A stretch of DNA of 20,000 nt from NCBI GenBank assembly GCA_000165425.1, contig CT868518.1:426586-446585 (forward strand), read 5' to 3'. Under the pieces are notes generated by a model that was not told the origin of the DNA, searched no databases, and worked only from the letters and a program-made list of their open reading frames with translations. Both the position numbers and the translations under genes were made by a program. Shown piece after piece: positions 1-13,864 of this stretch. This stretch comes from Paramecium tetraurelia (Eukaryota). How positions within the stretch are numbered: position 1 is the first letter of the stretch; every line of letters starts with the position of its first letter.

Positions 1-1684
1 AAAGATCTATTCCTAATTGAAATGCTGGATTTATAATTTATCACGGAAAAAGAACTATGCACTCAAATGACTTAAGCACATAGTGTATATGAGTATTTTG
101 ATGAATACTTGGAAAGACTTCTTGTAGAACAAGCTGCATCTAAGCAACATTTTGAAGAAATAGAAATAGCTGCCATGCTACATTGTACTGTATTATCTTT
201 ATTAATTTCATTCTAGTTGGTAGCCATCTAAAAATTGAGTATTCAACAAAAGTCTCATGGAGACATTAGACCGCTTACCGTAAGTGTCACGTCATTTCCT
301 AAAAACTGTCCAATCCGATAAAATGAACCCTATCCTATTTATAAATTAACCGATGTTCAATAACTAACAGACTTAAATGCTTTCAAAAGATGTGTTACTA
401 AATAATTAGGGAACTATAATTTAAGTCCTGAATAATTGCAATTTCTCAAATAAAAAGTGCTTCGACCCACTTACGATCTTAACAAATCTGATGTATTCAG
501 TATTGGTTTGACTGCCCTGTAGATGGCAATCCTCAAAAATATCAACGATATTTATGACTATACTCATTATTTACTTAGCACAGAAAAATTAGATGCGCAC
601 ATAAGAGAAATGAAAACACTCTATAGTGAACAATTGTGTTCTATAGTGTGTTAATTATTGTAATTAGCTCCTGAAACTAGACCTAATTCAAGACAGGCCA
701 ATGATCTGTTGATTGGTTATAAATTTCAACTTGAAGATTATTTCAGAGTATTTTGTTCATCCTATTAAGTAATCAACTATTTAAGAAAGCTTACCTAATT
801 ATTCTATTGATTTTAGATAGCAAAATAGTAATCAAAAATTAGAGTAATAAGTGGTTAGCAGAGTTGTAGACACTACTGATATTTATGAACAATTAGAACT
901 ACTGGAATAAAGAACTAAAATAGCACTTCAAAGAAGTTAGGATGCTTAAAATAAGTGTCAAAAAACACCAGGCAAGTAATTAGACTAAACCAGAAGTTGT
1001 TAATTATACAGCAATTTAACTCCCATTACCTAATAAGAACTCTAGTTGTAATTGAGTGATTACAAACAAGATAATATAAATCAATAGGCTACCTACTACA
1101 ATTAACAGAACAACTATCCAAAACACGAAATTAATCAATTTTAGATCCAGGAACACGAACAATATCAATACAATTAATTAGAAATTGAAGATAAACCTAA
1201 GCAAAATGTAGTAGAATAATTGCCTCCTTCAAATATACAAGTTATAGAACCAAGACCAATAACTTACAATGAAAATATAATTAAATAATAATAATTAATT
1301 GAGTCCATTAATACTGATTAAACAAAATCGTATTAATATTCTCAATAGTATCAAAATCAATCAAAATATTAACAACAATAATATTCTTAATAATATCAAA
1401 ATCAATCAAAGTATCAACAATAGCCAAGGTAATCCCAGCTTCTTAGAGATTAAGAATTGACCAGATAATTGACTGGACAATAGGAAGCATTATTAAACTA
1501 TTAGTAAGAACAAGAAAATCACCTGCAGTCTCCTTATTCCTCAAAATAAGATATTCATCATCAATTCGTAGAACACTTTGATTCTAAAAATCAAGTTGGA
1601 GTAAGATTATCAGGCACCTAAGCATAAGTTCAGAGACAATTGACTGGTTCCATAGTGGAAACCAGAAGATCGATTCATTAATGA
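1..1684 (+). CDS. Protein kinase-like (probable pseudokinase) with Gln/Asn-rich C-terminal tail; 5'-partial
   Basis: Ciliate-code frame is open from base 1 to TGA 1682-1684 after removing GT-AG introns 190-216 and 748-769. Kinase subdomain remnants: VYEYF, HGDIRPLT, YKLTDVQ, NLSPE, KSDVFSIGLT, LAPETRP. Confidence 0.85.
1334..1423 (+). repeat. 2 x 45-nt in-frame tandem duplication (QYSQQYQNQSKYQQQ x2)
   Basis: Units 1334-1378 and 1379-1423 differ only by CAA/TAA/TAG and AAA/AAG swaps. Confidence 0.9.
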
Positions 1685-1757
1685 TTAATTATAATGATAA
1701 TATATAAATATCTAATTATTATCAAAAATATTCAGTTGATAGTATTAACTATGAATT

Positions 1758-2712
1758 TCAGAGTTCATTTGGAAGACCATGTAATCTTTCCAAATAATCC
1801 ATTACTGGAGTACTTAAGGCTGCTTGAACTATGAATTAAGACAACCTAAGCTACCAACCAGCGTAGTACCCAATCAAACCTTTGTCTTTATAAACCTTCA
1901 CAAAGGCTTGTGGGATAGTTAGTTATTTGTAATTTCCATTTTGTTCCATTTGATAAGCAGTCTTAACAGCATCAAATGGTTAAACCAAAAGGATGTTTGG
2001 AACTGCAGTCAGTAAACTGCACATTGCAATTTAAGGTAAAGTGAGTGCCTAACTGGGATTCTCCTTAAAGAAGTATCTAATCTTATGATCCCAATAGAGG
2101 TAATTCGTCCAGGATACCACCTACTTCAATACCATAGCCTCCATGCCGGTGTATAAATTTCTTACAAAGTGAGACAATGACCTCTCATTTCTCCATAACT
2201 ATTTAAGTACTAATGATATATTAAAAGTAAGATACTTGATTTTGATTAATGTTGAGTCATCAATTAACACTTAATTCTTTCCAAAGGACAAGTCACAAAC
2301 GACTCAAATAAGGCGATTGTTGCCCCTGCCAATCCTTTGTGCAATGCTGGGTGATTCTCTATCCAAGAACTTGGTAAAAGTTCTTTGTAGTATTTGGGTA
2401 TCAATATCATCATTGGCCATCTATTGTGTTCATTTTTCAAATTTACCTGTAGTATTGTTTAAACAATTGAATACTGATTTGGGATGAGAAACCAGCAAAT
2501 ACTCCTTTAAGAACTCCGTTCCTTCGATATGTATCTTTGAACAATTATTTCATCGATGATTGGGTGCTCTCAGCTTGAAGTAAAGTTTTGAATCTATCAA
2601 ACACATGATCAATTGGCAATCCCAGAATTACTCTAGATATACCAATTATCTAGGTTTCTAAGATAGGTTTCAAATATTTCTAAGTGCGAACTTTGTATAT
2701 AGATTCAGACAT
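1758..2712 (-). CDS. Mitochondrial carrier family (SLC25-type) protein, ~300 aa
   Basis: ATG at 2712, TGA at 1758-1760, introns 2421-2446 and 2210-2235 (26 nt each), 903 nt spliced. Three carrier repeats (HVFDRFKTLLQ, CPLERIKCQLM, QPFDAVKTAYQ) with GVFAG, NLYTG and GYYAG second motifs. Substrate not assignable. Confidence 0.9.
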
Positions 2713-3902
2713 CCTGATTATATAATAATTAATTAATAAGACGATTGAATTCTGGTTTAATAATTTAGAAATTTATCATTTTAATACGCACTATTTGCAT
2801 TTGATGGACTGCCTTTATCATTAATTCATAATCTAATGATGCAACATTGATTATCATTCACACTTTTTTAATTAGATTTTAAATCATTTTATAATATTCC
2901 CCATCCATCACCTTTTTGAATTTCATCCCCTACTCCTCAACATTTCATTATTAAAAACCATAATTGTTTCATTTTCTAATCAGAAAACAAAAAAATCAAT
3001 CCATCTTATATCGATTCAACAAAGAACTACATCACATGTAAATTATAATAATATTTGCCGTATCTTTTCATTCGATATATAATTTTTATTTATAAATTAT
3101 TATTGTTTTTTTTCATTGCCCAATCATCTTATTTCCTTTAAACAGAAGAACAATTAAAGAATAGAAAAATTTAAATATTATGTATGATTATGATGATTTA
3201 TTTATTCTCTATTTCTATGCAATATTATTGTGTATCGGAAAGTGTTTCTATTCAAATTTTTGAGTGAGATACAGGTTGCTCATTAAGTAAGTAATAACAA
3301 TGTTTGCAGATTAATTATTATAAAAATAAACTAGAATGATTATGTTTTATATTAACACTTAATGAACGATATAGAAATTATAATCTGAGTTAAAATTCTT
3401 TAAATAAATTGATAATTCCTATTTCGAGTCCTTTTTTCATGATAACATAATTCCTTTAGGTTGTACTTGAACTATTAATTCTGCAAAAAAATTGTAGTTT
3501 ACATATTTCTTTATTTTATTTTGAATAACATAAAATGAAACTACTCAATTATTTTTCATTTCTATATTTTAATTTATCTTTACATATGAATTAAAACATC
3601 AAACCTATTGCTGCAATCTTTATTGTAATGAAAGAGAAGGCATAGTTATTAAAATTTTAGATTTAATAGGATTGTTACTAATTAAAGCTTAATCTATCTT
3701 TGTTTTAACAATTTTAAATAATATAAAAATATATTTATTATTACAAGCTAGCTTTTTTTTTACGAAAATAGTGAGTTGTAAGTAGCAATAGAAAAAATTC
3801 AAATAAATACTCATAAGGATTGATTGATATAATGTTCAAATAATTTTGATTTGATGCATTATTAAGAGTATTCAGTTATAAAAAAAAGAATTAATTTTAT
3901 AA

Positions 3903-5068
3903 ATGAAAATTGCCTTTTTTTAGTGAGCTTGGTTGTTATAAAAGGAATAGAATTTGAATCATTTTAATAAGCTGTCAATTTGATCCAGAATCTATAGGTT
4001 CTCCTAATGCAAAACAGATGATGAATATAAAAATACTTATGAGGAGTATTGAAAAACAATAATAAAAGATTTTTCCCTTGGATTACAATTTTGGAAAAAG
4101 TGAGGTTGAAATGCAAGAAGATCATAGCGTTCTATCACAGGCGAAAGAGAAGATTATTCAAGCAAGAGAATTTATTGAGAGTCTTGATGAAGGTGAAATA
4201 TGAATTTGATTCTTAGAACTTCAATAGGGGCAATAACAAAATAATAATGATTAAACTATTGATTAAGTTTCTTAGGTCTAAGATGTTTAGACAGATAAGG
4301 TAGAAGAAGTGAAAGAGACTGTTAAGAATGAGCAAGTTAAGAGGAGGGTAAGGATGATGAGGATCCTTTTGGGTGGAGATAAGGTGAAATACCTCAACTT
4401 TTAGCGCATAAGAAAGAAAAGCACATAAGAATACTCATGCATTTATTCAAATAATGAATAGAAGCAAATTAACAAAGTTCAAGAGTGTATGAGCTATTTT
4501 TTAAGATTAGAAAATCAGTAAACTTATTTCTACGGCTACTGAAATGTAGGAGGATCAAAATGATGATGGTTAAAAAAGAAGTTGGAGAAAAATTGAATTG
4601 TGTGAGGAAATTATAGATGAGTTAATAGATTGATATTATTCTTAGAAAAAGTTATGAATGATTATGTAAATTATGTTATGATATGCATTAGGATTATTAA
4701 AATGAAATCTATGAATTATTTAAGTAAAGGCAACGATAGATTTAAGAAGTTGCAACTAGTTGTAGTTAAAGAGTTATTAGCTATTAGGATGTAAGTTTAA
4801 TTGAAGAGAAGAAATTTTAAGAGAAAAAAAAAATATAACATCAAATTAAATCTAAGAAAAGAAATCCAGTTACATTTGAATAATAACTTATAATTTAGAA
4901 TAATTTACAAAACTAATTATAAAAATATGTTTAATAACTGTAGTTTTTTGCAAATCGTAATTGATGATGAAGAAAATTAACAGCATCGATTGGAATACTA
5001 AAAATAAATATTACAGAGGTAAGAATGTTGGGATTCTTGAGAGTATCAGGAAAATAAGTAAAATTGAT
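3903..5068 (+). pseudogene. Decayed gene for a putative secreted/coiled-coil protein
   Basis: Signal-peptide-like start MKIAFF/LVSLVVIKG is broken by a frameshift in a T7 run. Glu/Gln/Lys-rich helical segments (EMQEDHSVLSQAKEKIIQAREFIESLDE) and a likely intron near 4193-4216 follow, with several further frameshifts and in-frame TGAs. Boundaries approximate. Confidence 0.55.
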
Positions 5069-5131
5069 ATAATGATATTTGATATTTTCGATATTTATAT
5101 TTTGATGTTTAATAATTATATTATTATTTTC

Positions 5132-6610
<1,479 letters not shown>

Positions 6611-6655
6611 TAACAATTTTATATTCAAAATTCTTTGCAATTTATATAATAATCT

Positions 6656-6973
6656 TCATCTTCTTCCTTTCCTACTTAAAAAAGCTGTTGTTCCTATTAC
6701 TATCGGCCATTTGATTGGGGCCATGAGTTTGTAAATAATGTATGCTGCCGTAGGTGTACCATATGTTTCAATCTATTCCCATTTTCCTTGAGTGGTATCA
6801 AATCCTAACCTAATGTAAAATTAAAGATGATACTTTGATCCAACCTATTTCACATCAACTCCCTATCTCAATGCGAAGTAAACGATCCCATAATTGGCTA
6901 AGCAGATGGAAAAGTAAACGGTTATTCCCAATTTGCCATAGGTGGCAAAGAATTATTTTGCTTTTTATTACAT
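6656..6973 (-). CDS. FAM210/DUF1279-like small membrane protein, 97 aa
   Basis: MQQKAKQFFATYGKLGITVYFSICLANYGIVYFALRQGVDV...TAAYIIYKLMAPIKWPIVIGTT follows the family pattern (YG..G...Y...GVD...AY..hK...P). Intron 6810-6833. Confidence 0.8.
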
Positions 6974-7110
6974 TTATATTTATATTAATATATAGATATA
7001 GAGAGTTAATAGACATAAATAATTTTATTGAGAATTTTTGAAATAGTTTTTGTGTGATAATTTATTTTTAATATTACTAACAATATTATTTTTATCGAAT
7101 AAAATTATTA
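6974..7110. promoter_or_regulatory. Short divergent intergenic region (putative bidirectional promoter)
   Basis: 137 nt of AT-rich sequence between head-to-head ATGs at 6973 (-) and 7111 (+). Inferred from layout only. Confidence 0.45.
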
Positions 7111-10047
7111 ATGCAAGGAAAGCATAACTTTATATTTTCTTTGGATGGAGAGCAAAAATCATTCTTTGTTTCAAATTTAGATGTTGCATCCTTTTGTCGT
7201 TTGATTCGATCTGCCTTTTAGGTTGACAAGACCATAACAGCATTACAAGATGCGTAAGGTAAATGCAATAATATAATAGGAAATATTTGTGATTTGCAAT
7301 ATTTCTGCCACAATCTGCATGTTCATAAGGATAAATTCTATGTCATACTGACAGAATAAAGAAAATCTGAAAGGAATAGTAGGAAGTCGCATAAAAGTAA
7401 AAATTCGAGAGTGCAAACAACCGAAGAACCCTCTTATTTAGTTGATTTCGGAGAATTCTTATAAGAAATCCAGCAAATTAGATTTAGGTACATTTGAAGA
7501 GTCATCTAGTCCTCAACATCCAGTTTTAACTATTGTGTTGGTGTTTGACAATGAATATTAGGCTGGAATCTTTGGCCAACCCATAGTAATGAGAATCTAT
7601 AAAACATTTGCATTTCTCTAAGCCTATTACACGATAATACAGGAAGATGAATCAGACTCATTGTTATTAACGGTTTTTGAAAATTAAAATCTTAAACACG
7701 AAATGGAAATGAAAATTAATCATTCAATTGCTGAAGATGTGTGTTATTAGATTGAACAATTGTTATGTGAAGAAGAAGAGCCAGAACCTATATTGTAGGG
7801 TAGTTTTGCTACTCCCAATAGCAATGCAAATAATAATATCCCCTTGATTGTAACTAGGGGAAATGAGAAATAGATTTTATAGGTCGAGGCAAATGACAAC
7901 TTTCATTCTAGTTAAGGCAAAAGAACTCATGGGTATAATTTGTGTTAATAAGTGTAATGAGGGTCAAAAAGGCTGTTGAAAAATTTAGAAATCGATTCGA
8001 ATCCAGAGAATATGAATACCTCTTAGGATTGATTATCGGTTAAGATCAATCCGTCTTTGCTGCGTATCAACTGTATTAAAAATAGCAGGATGATGAAAAC
8101 TTCATTAAAAATCTGAAATTACTGTTGCCTCAAGAGGACAACAACAATCTTTCATTGTAAAATTGAATATTTTATTTAATAGTTAAAACAACCTCAAATT
8201 CATAACCAGTCCCAGTAGGAGTGATCTACATTAATCAGTAAATTTTCCTTATGATTGTAATCCAACTCCTGGTTTGAGATCGTCTGTAACGATAATAGAT
8301 TAATTACTTAATTCAGGTGATTTAGATTCAATTGAGACTGGAATGTTGAGAGAATTGAAAATGGACAGTGATTTAGATGATTTGGTCAAAAGTCTCATGG
8401 ATTACCCTCAAGATGTACTATAATATTATATTCCTCAAGATTCTACTCTAAATAATAAGACAGTATTTGCAGAGTCAATTTCAGTAAGAAATTACTAAGA
8501 ATTTTAATTCTCATTAAGTAGAGTATTTTCTTTAAGAAAATGCCAATAAATAAACTCCTATTTATGAAGGATTTCAAAGATTTGGATAAAATGGTTAATT
8601 ATAAGATCTTTTTTCATTACTCAAAGAGAATGTAGGGCAATTAGAATAATAATTGAGGGAAGAAAATAGTTATTCCTATTATTTGATGCATAAACGGCGA
8701 AAGGATAGTCATGACGAACATTTTCATTTCCATTTGAATTTACCATAAATCAATTAATAGGAAGAACGGAAATTGAGTGTCGATTCGATATTATTGGAGA
8801 GTAAGAAAGAAATAAACTTTATTGATAAATATCATGTTAAAGTATTACAAAAATACAGCAATGAAGATTACGAAAAACTTTTTATGACTGTTTATGATCA
8901 ATGTAGCAAATTCTGTGATGAACATGAAAAAGCTAAATTACATGGATACTATACAGCTTAAAACCAAAGGTTACTTGAAATATTAGATAAATATGGATAA
9001 AGATATGATATAGATTGCATTAAATCAGATATCAATGATTTATTGACTTTACAGAATAAAAAAATTGATGATATTCCTTCCCCTACTCATGGAGCTGTCA
9101 TCGAACCTAAAATGCATAAATATTAAAATTTCAAATTTATAATAAATTTTTTATACGAAATTGATAAAGTCATCACTTTAAGGTAAGCAAAGGCATTTTA
9201 TTATTTATATTCAATTGAAGATATGTCTGTTATGGCTGCTTATGAAGTATATTGTGAAACAAAAGAACAAGACGAGTTTTTAAATACTCTAAATCTCATA
9301 TTTAAGGTTTATTCATCCTCTTCTAGATTTGACTTTAATGAAATCGAGCAATATGATAGTTTGATTGAACAATAATTAAATATTCTGTTTGCTTACAGAA
9401 GATGTTTGAATTAGGAACAAAGATTGGCATTGGAATAAGTAATAAATCAAATTATATTGTTTAGAACATGATATCATGTGATAATACTCTATTAAAACTC
9501 TTTAGGGATTTCCTTAGATAGAGAGATTAGAGGATATTCATTTAGAAGTTATCAGATTTTGCAAATAGTCAAATTGAAAAGCAAAAAGACAATTAATCAA
9601 TGGATCCTTACATGAAAAAGATCGATTAAAACAATCAGCATAAGGATTTGATAAAGGATATCTGCGCAAAATTCTTAAAGACCAAAGTCAAACAAATAGA
9701 TCTATTGATGGATGCAATTGACAAGGATAACATTATGATAAAGTCTTCATTGGAAGTCTATGATTATAATTTAGATAAGTAGGATTTAGTAGAAAATATC
9801 TAGCTCATATATAATTATATTTTGAAATCTAATGTGAAAAGCATTTTGAAAGCAAATCTAATTGAATTGGGAAGATCAAAAACTGATGTAAACATTTAAT
9901 TATAATCAATAGTTGACCTACTTATTAAGAAATATTAATCAAGACGAACCCATCCTTAAAGGGGCGTTTGAATTGTATTTTTAAACGAAGGATGAAGCAG
10001 AACTAAAGGATACTATCAGTCGAATACTCAAATTTAGCAATATTTGA
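7111..10047 (+). CDS. Hypothetical 923-aa protein with about 7 degenerate helical repeats
   Basis: Continuous ciliate-code frame after seven GT-AG introns (7259-7279, 7488-7509, 7933-7952, 8157-8182, 8415-8439, 9439-9464, 9888-9912), 2772 nt spliced, TGA at 10045-10047. Recurrent motif D..h.AA[YF]ExY....D..Eh...L..I. Confidence 0.8.
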
Positions 10048-10059
10048 TTATTATATTAT

Positions 10060-10634
10060 ATGTACAAAGTTGAACTTGTAGATTCATCCGAATTCTAAGA
10101 TCGTTCAAAATACTATAAACATCTATTTCGCACATATTGTCAATGGAGCTTTCTTAAATACTTTGTGTATAGTATAATTTGGTTGATCGGTGGCAGAGTA
10201 ATAATAATACTATCATCTTAAAGATCTCAATTCTTTATTCGATGCAAGGGTTGTATGTAATTCTTACTGGATTCGCACTAATTTTTACAAATTTAGGCAC
10301 AAGAGAAAAAGGCACGTTGAGTGCATACAGCATATTCAATAAAGGATATAAAAAGTTGATGGGATAGATGACTGAAGAAGATGTGGCGAATATGTATAAT
10401 ATGGGTGGAGTCAAAAAGAAGAACGATGATTATAGTGATGATGATGATGACAAAATCTCCAAAGATTTTGAAGCACTGTCCATGGAGTAGATGATGGCAA
10501 AATTAGGTAAGTTGGGAAATAAACAATGCTTTTGTAATTCAGGCAAGAAATATAAAAAATGTCATTACTTTATACATCAAAGGATTAAATAGTAAGAAGA
10601 CGAAGAAAGAAGAAAAGGAATTAAAAAAAATTGA
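10060..10634 (+). CDS. SAYSvFN-domain (SAYSD1-like) membrane protein with C-terminal SEC-C motif, 182 aa
   Basis: Intron 10198-10223. A hydrophobic hairpin precedes IFTNLGTREKGTLSAYSIFNKGYKKLMGQMT, then an acidic linker and KLGNKQCFCNSGKKYKKCHY (CxCxSGKKYKxCH). Confidence 0.88.
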
Positions 10635-10668
10635 CAATATTATATGTGATTAATTCTTTTATCATAAC

Positions 10669-11217
10669 TCATGCATTTTATAATTGCAATAATTCTATTT
10701 TTTGAATAGAGAGGATGCTTTGAATATAGAGCGAATTCATACTTGAGTGGGTTTACAAATACTGTAAATGTCTTTGTTTGCCATGTTTTGATATAGATTC
10801 CTTAGTGAATATTTGTCCTTTGTTCGATCTATGAAGTTAGACGGTTGGTTAGACAAACCATTAGTATTATAATAATGAGAAGAAAAGATATATTTAAGAA
10901 TATTTCATATTTATTTGGAGTTTGAGTAAGCAAATCCAAACAGCATGATGTTTAATTGTAATCCAAAGGCAACTTTTATTATGAAAGATAAAGAAATAAT
11001 CTTAACGAGTTAAGATGCAATCAAGTGATTCAAAATGGGTTATCAGATATTTTTAACAAAAGAATCTCTTCATCAAATGAATTTCTCGATAAGTTTACCT
11101 TTGATTCACAAAAACAAATATAATTTGGTTTCTGAAGAATCTGAAACTTTTGGTTAGGTGTTATGAATTAATATCATAAATATATTTTCCCCTGCAGTAA
11201 TATATTAAGTATTTCAT
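10669..11217 (-). CDS. Uncertain ORF (182 aa) or frameshifted remnant of a membrane-protein gene
   Basis: ATG 11217 to TGA 10669 is open in the ciliate code with no recognisable motif. Other frames give transmembrane-like segments (KIISLSFIIKVAFGLQLNIMLFGF; IFLNISFLLIIIILMVCL). Confidence 0.3.
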
Positions 11218-11246
11218 TAAAATAATTAAAAATTTATAATACATTT

Positions 11247-11995
11247 ATGAAATAGTCTCCTCATCTTAAATTGTAGATTATAAAAATGCGTCCCATAGTA
11301 TGTAACACTGAATTGGCTTTTATTATTCCAATTAATGAGGAAAAAAAAGTTTCCATGAGTAACAAAGTTAATTCATATCTAGAACGTAAAATGAAAACAA
11401 GTAATGAATAAGTTTAAAATGTACGCTCTAGATATTAAGAACTTTATTATCAGCAAGAATCCAACTTAGAATATTTGTATGATTAATTAACGGAAAGAAT
11501 GGAAAAATACTCTCTTTAAAAATAAAAACAATTAGCAAGCAAAGCTAAATAAGCAGGTGATTACAATTTGAAATGGAAAGAAAGACTTTAACAATAAAAA
11601 TGGTTAGACATTCATATGAGTAGGTTTGTCAGCTGAAAGAGAATTCTACTTTTAAGAAATGCAGCTTTAAGAGTTTTAAAGGAGAAATTCCAGAACTAAA
11701 AGTTTGGCCTTACCAAAAATTGAAAACACTAAAAAACTAACAGAGCCAACTCCTATTATTAGAAAAAAAGAATAACAATATTTTGATAAATAGAGAAAAA
11801 TTATTTATTGTTCCTATCAAAGGGATTTGAAATAAGTAGAAAAATCATAGTATTCAGATGAAACGATCCTTTGAAATTGCTACTAAACTAGACCAGAATG
11901 ATCATAGAATAATGAAATAAAAAACCTTAGACATAAAACCAAAACAAAAAGTGGCCTAAAAACATGATGACAATACGTTTCTTACATATGTTTGA
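11247..11995 (+). CDS. Hypothetical basic coiled-coil protein with one apparent frameshift near 11625
   Basis: The ATG 11247 frame runs to TGA 11634-11636. A +1-shifted frame continues LSAEREFYFQEMQLQEFQRR...DDNTFLTYV to TGA 11993-11995. Probable intron 11603-11623. Confidence 0.55.
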
Positions 11996-12107
11996 AATCC
12001 CTAATTGATTATTCAATTAACATATTTAAACTTGCAACGAATGTTTACAATTATAATTAATTAATCAATGTAATATATATACATTAATTGCAAATTATCA
12101 AATTAGT

Positions 12108-13864
<1,757 letters not shown>

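Noticed and set aside
10425..10454. DDYSDDDDDK resembling a FLAG tag or enterokinase site
   Set aside because: A native acidic low-complexity linker with host-like codons and no vector context; the resemblance is coincidental.
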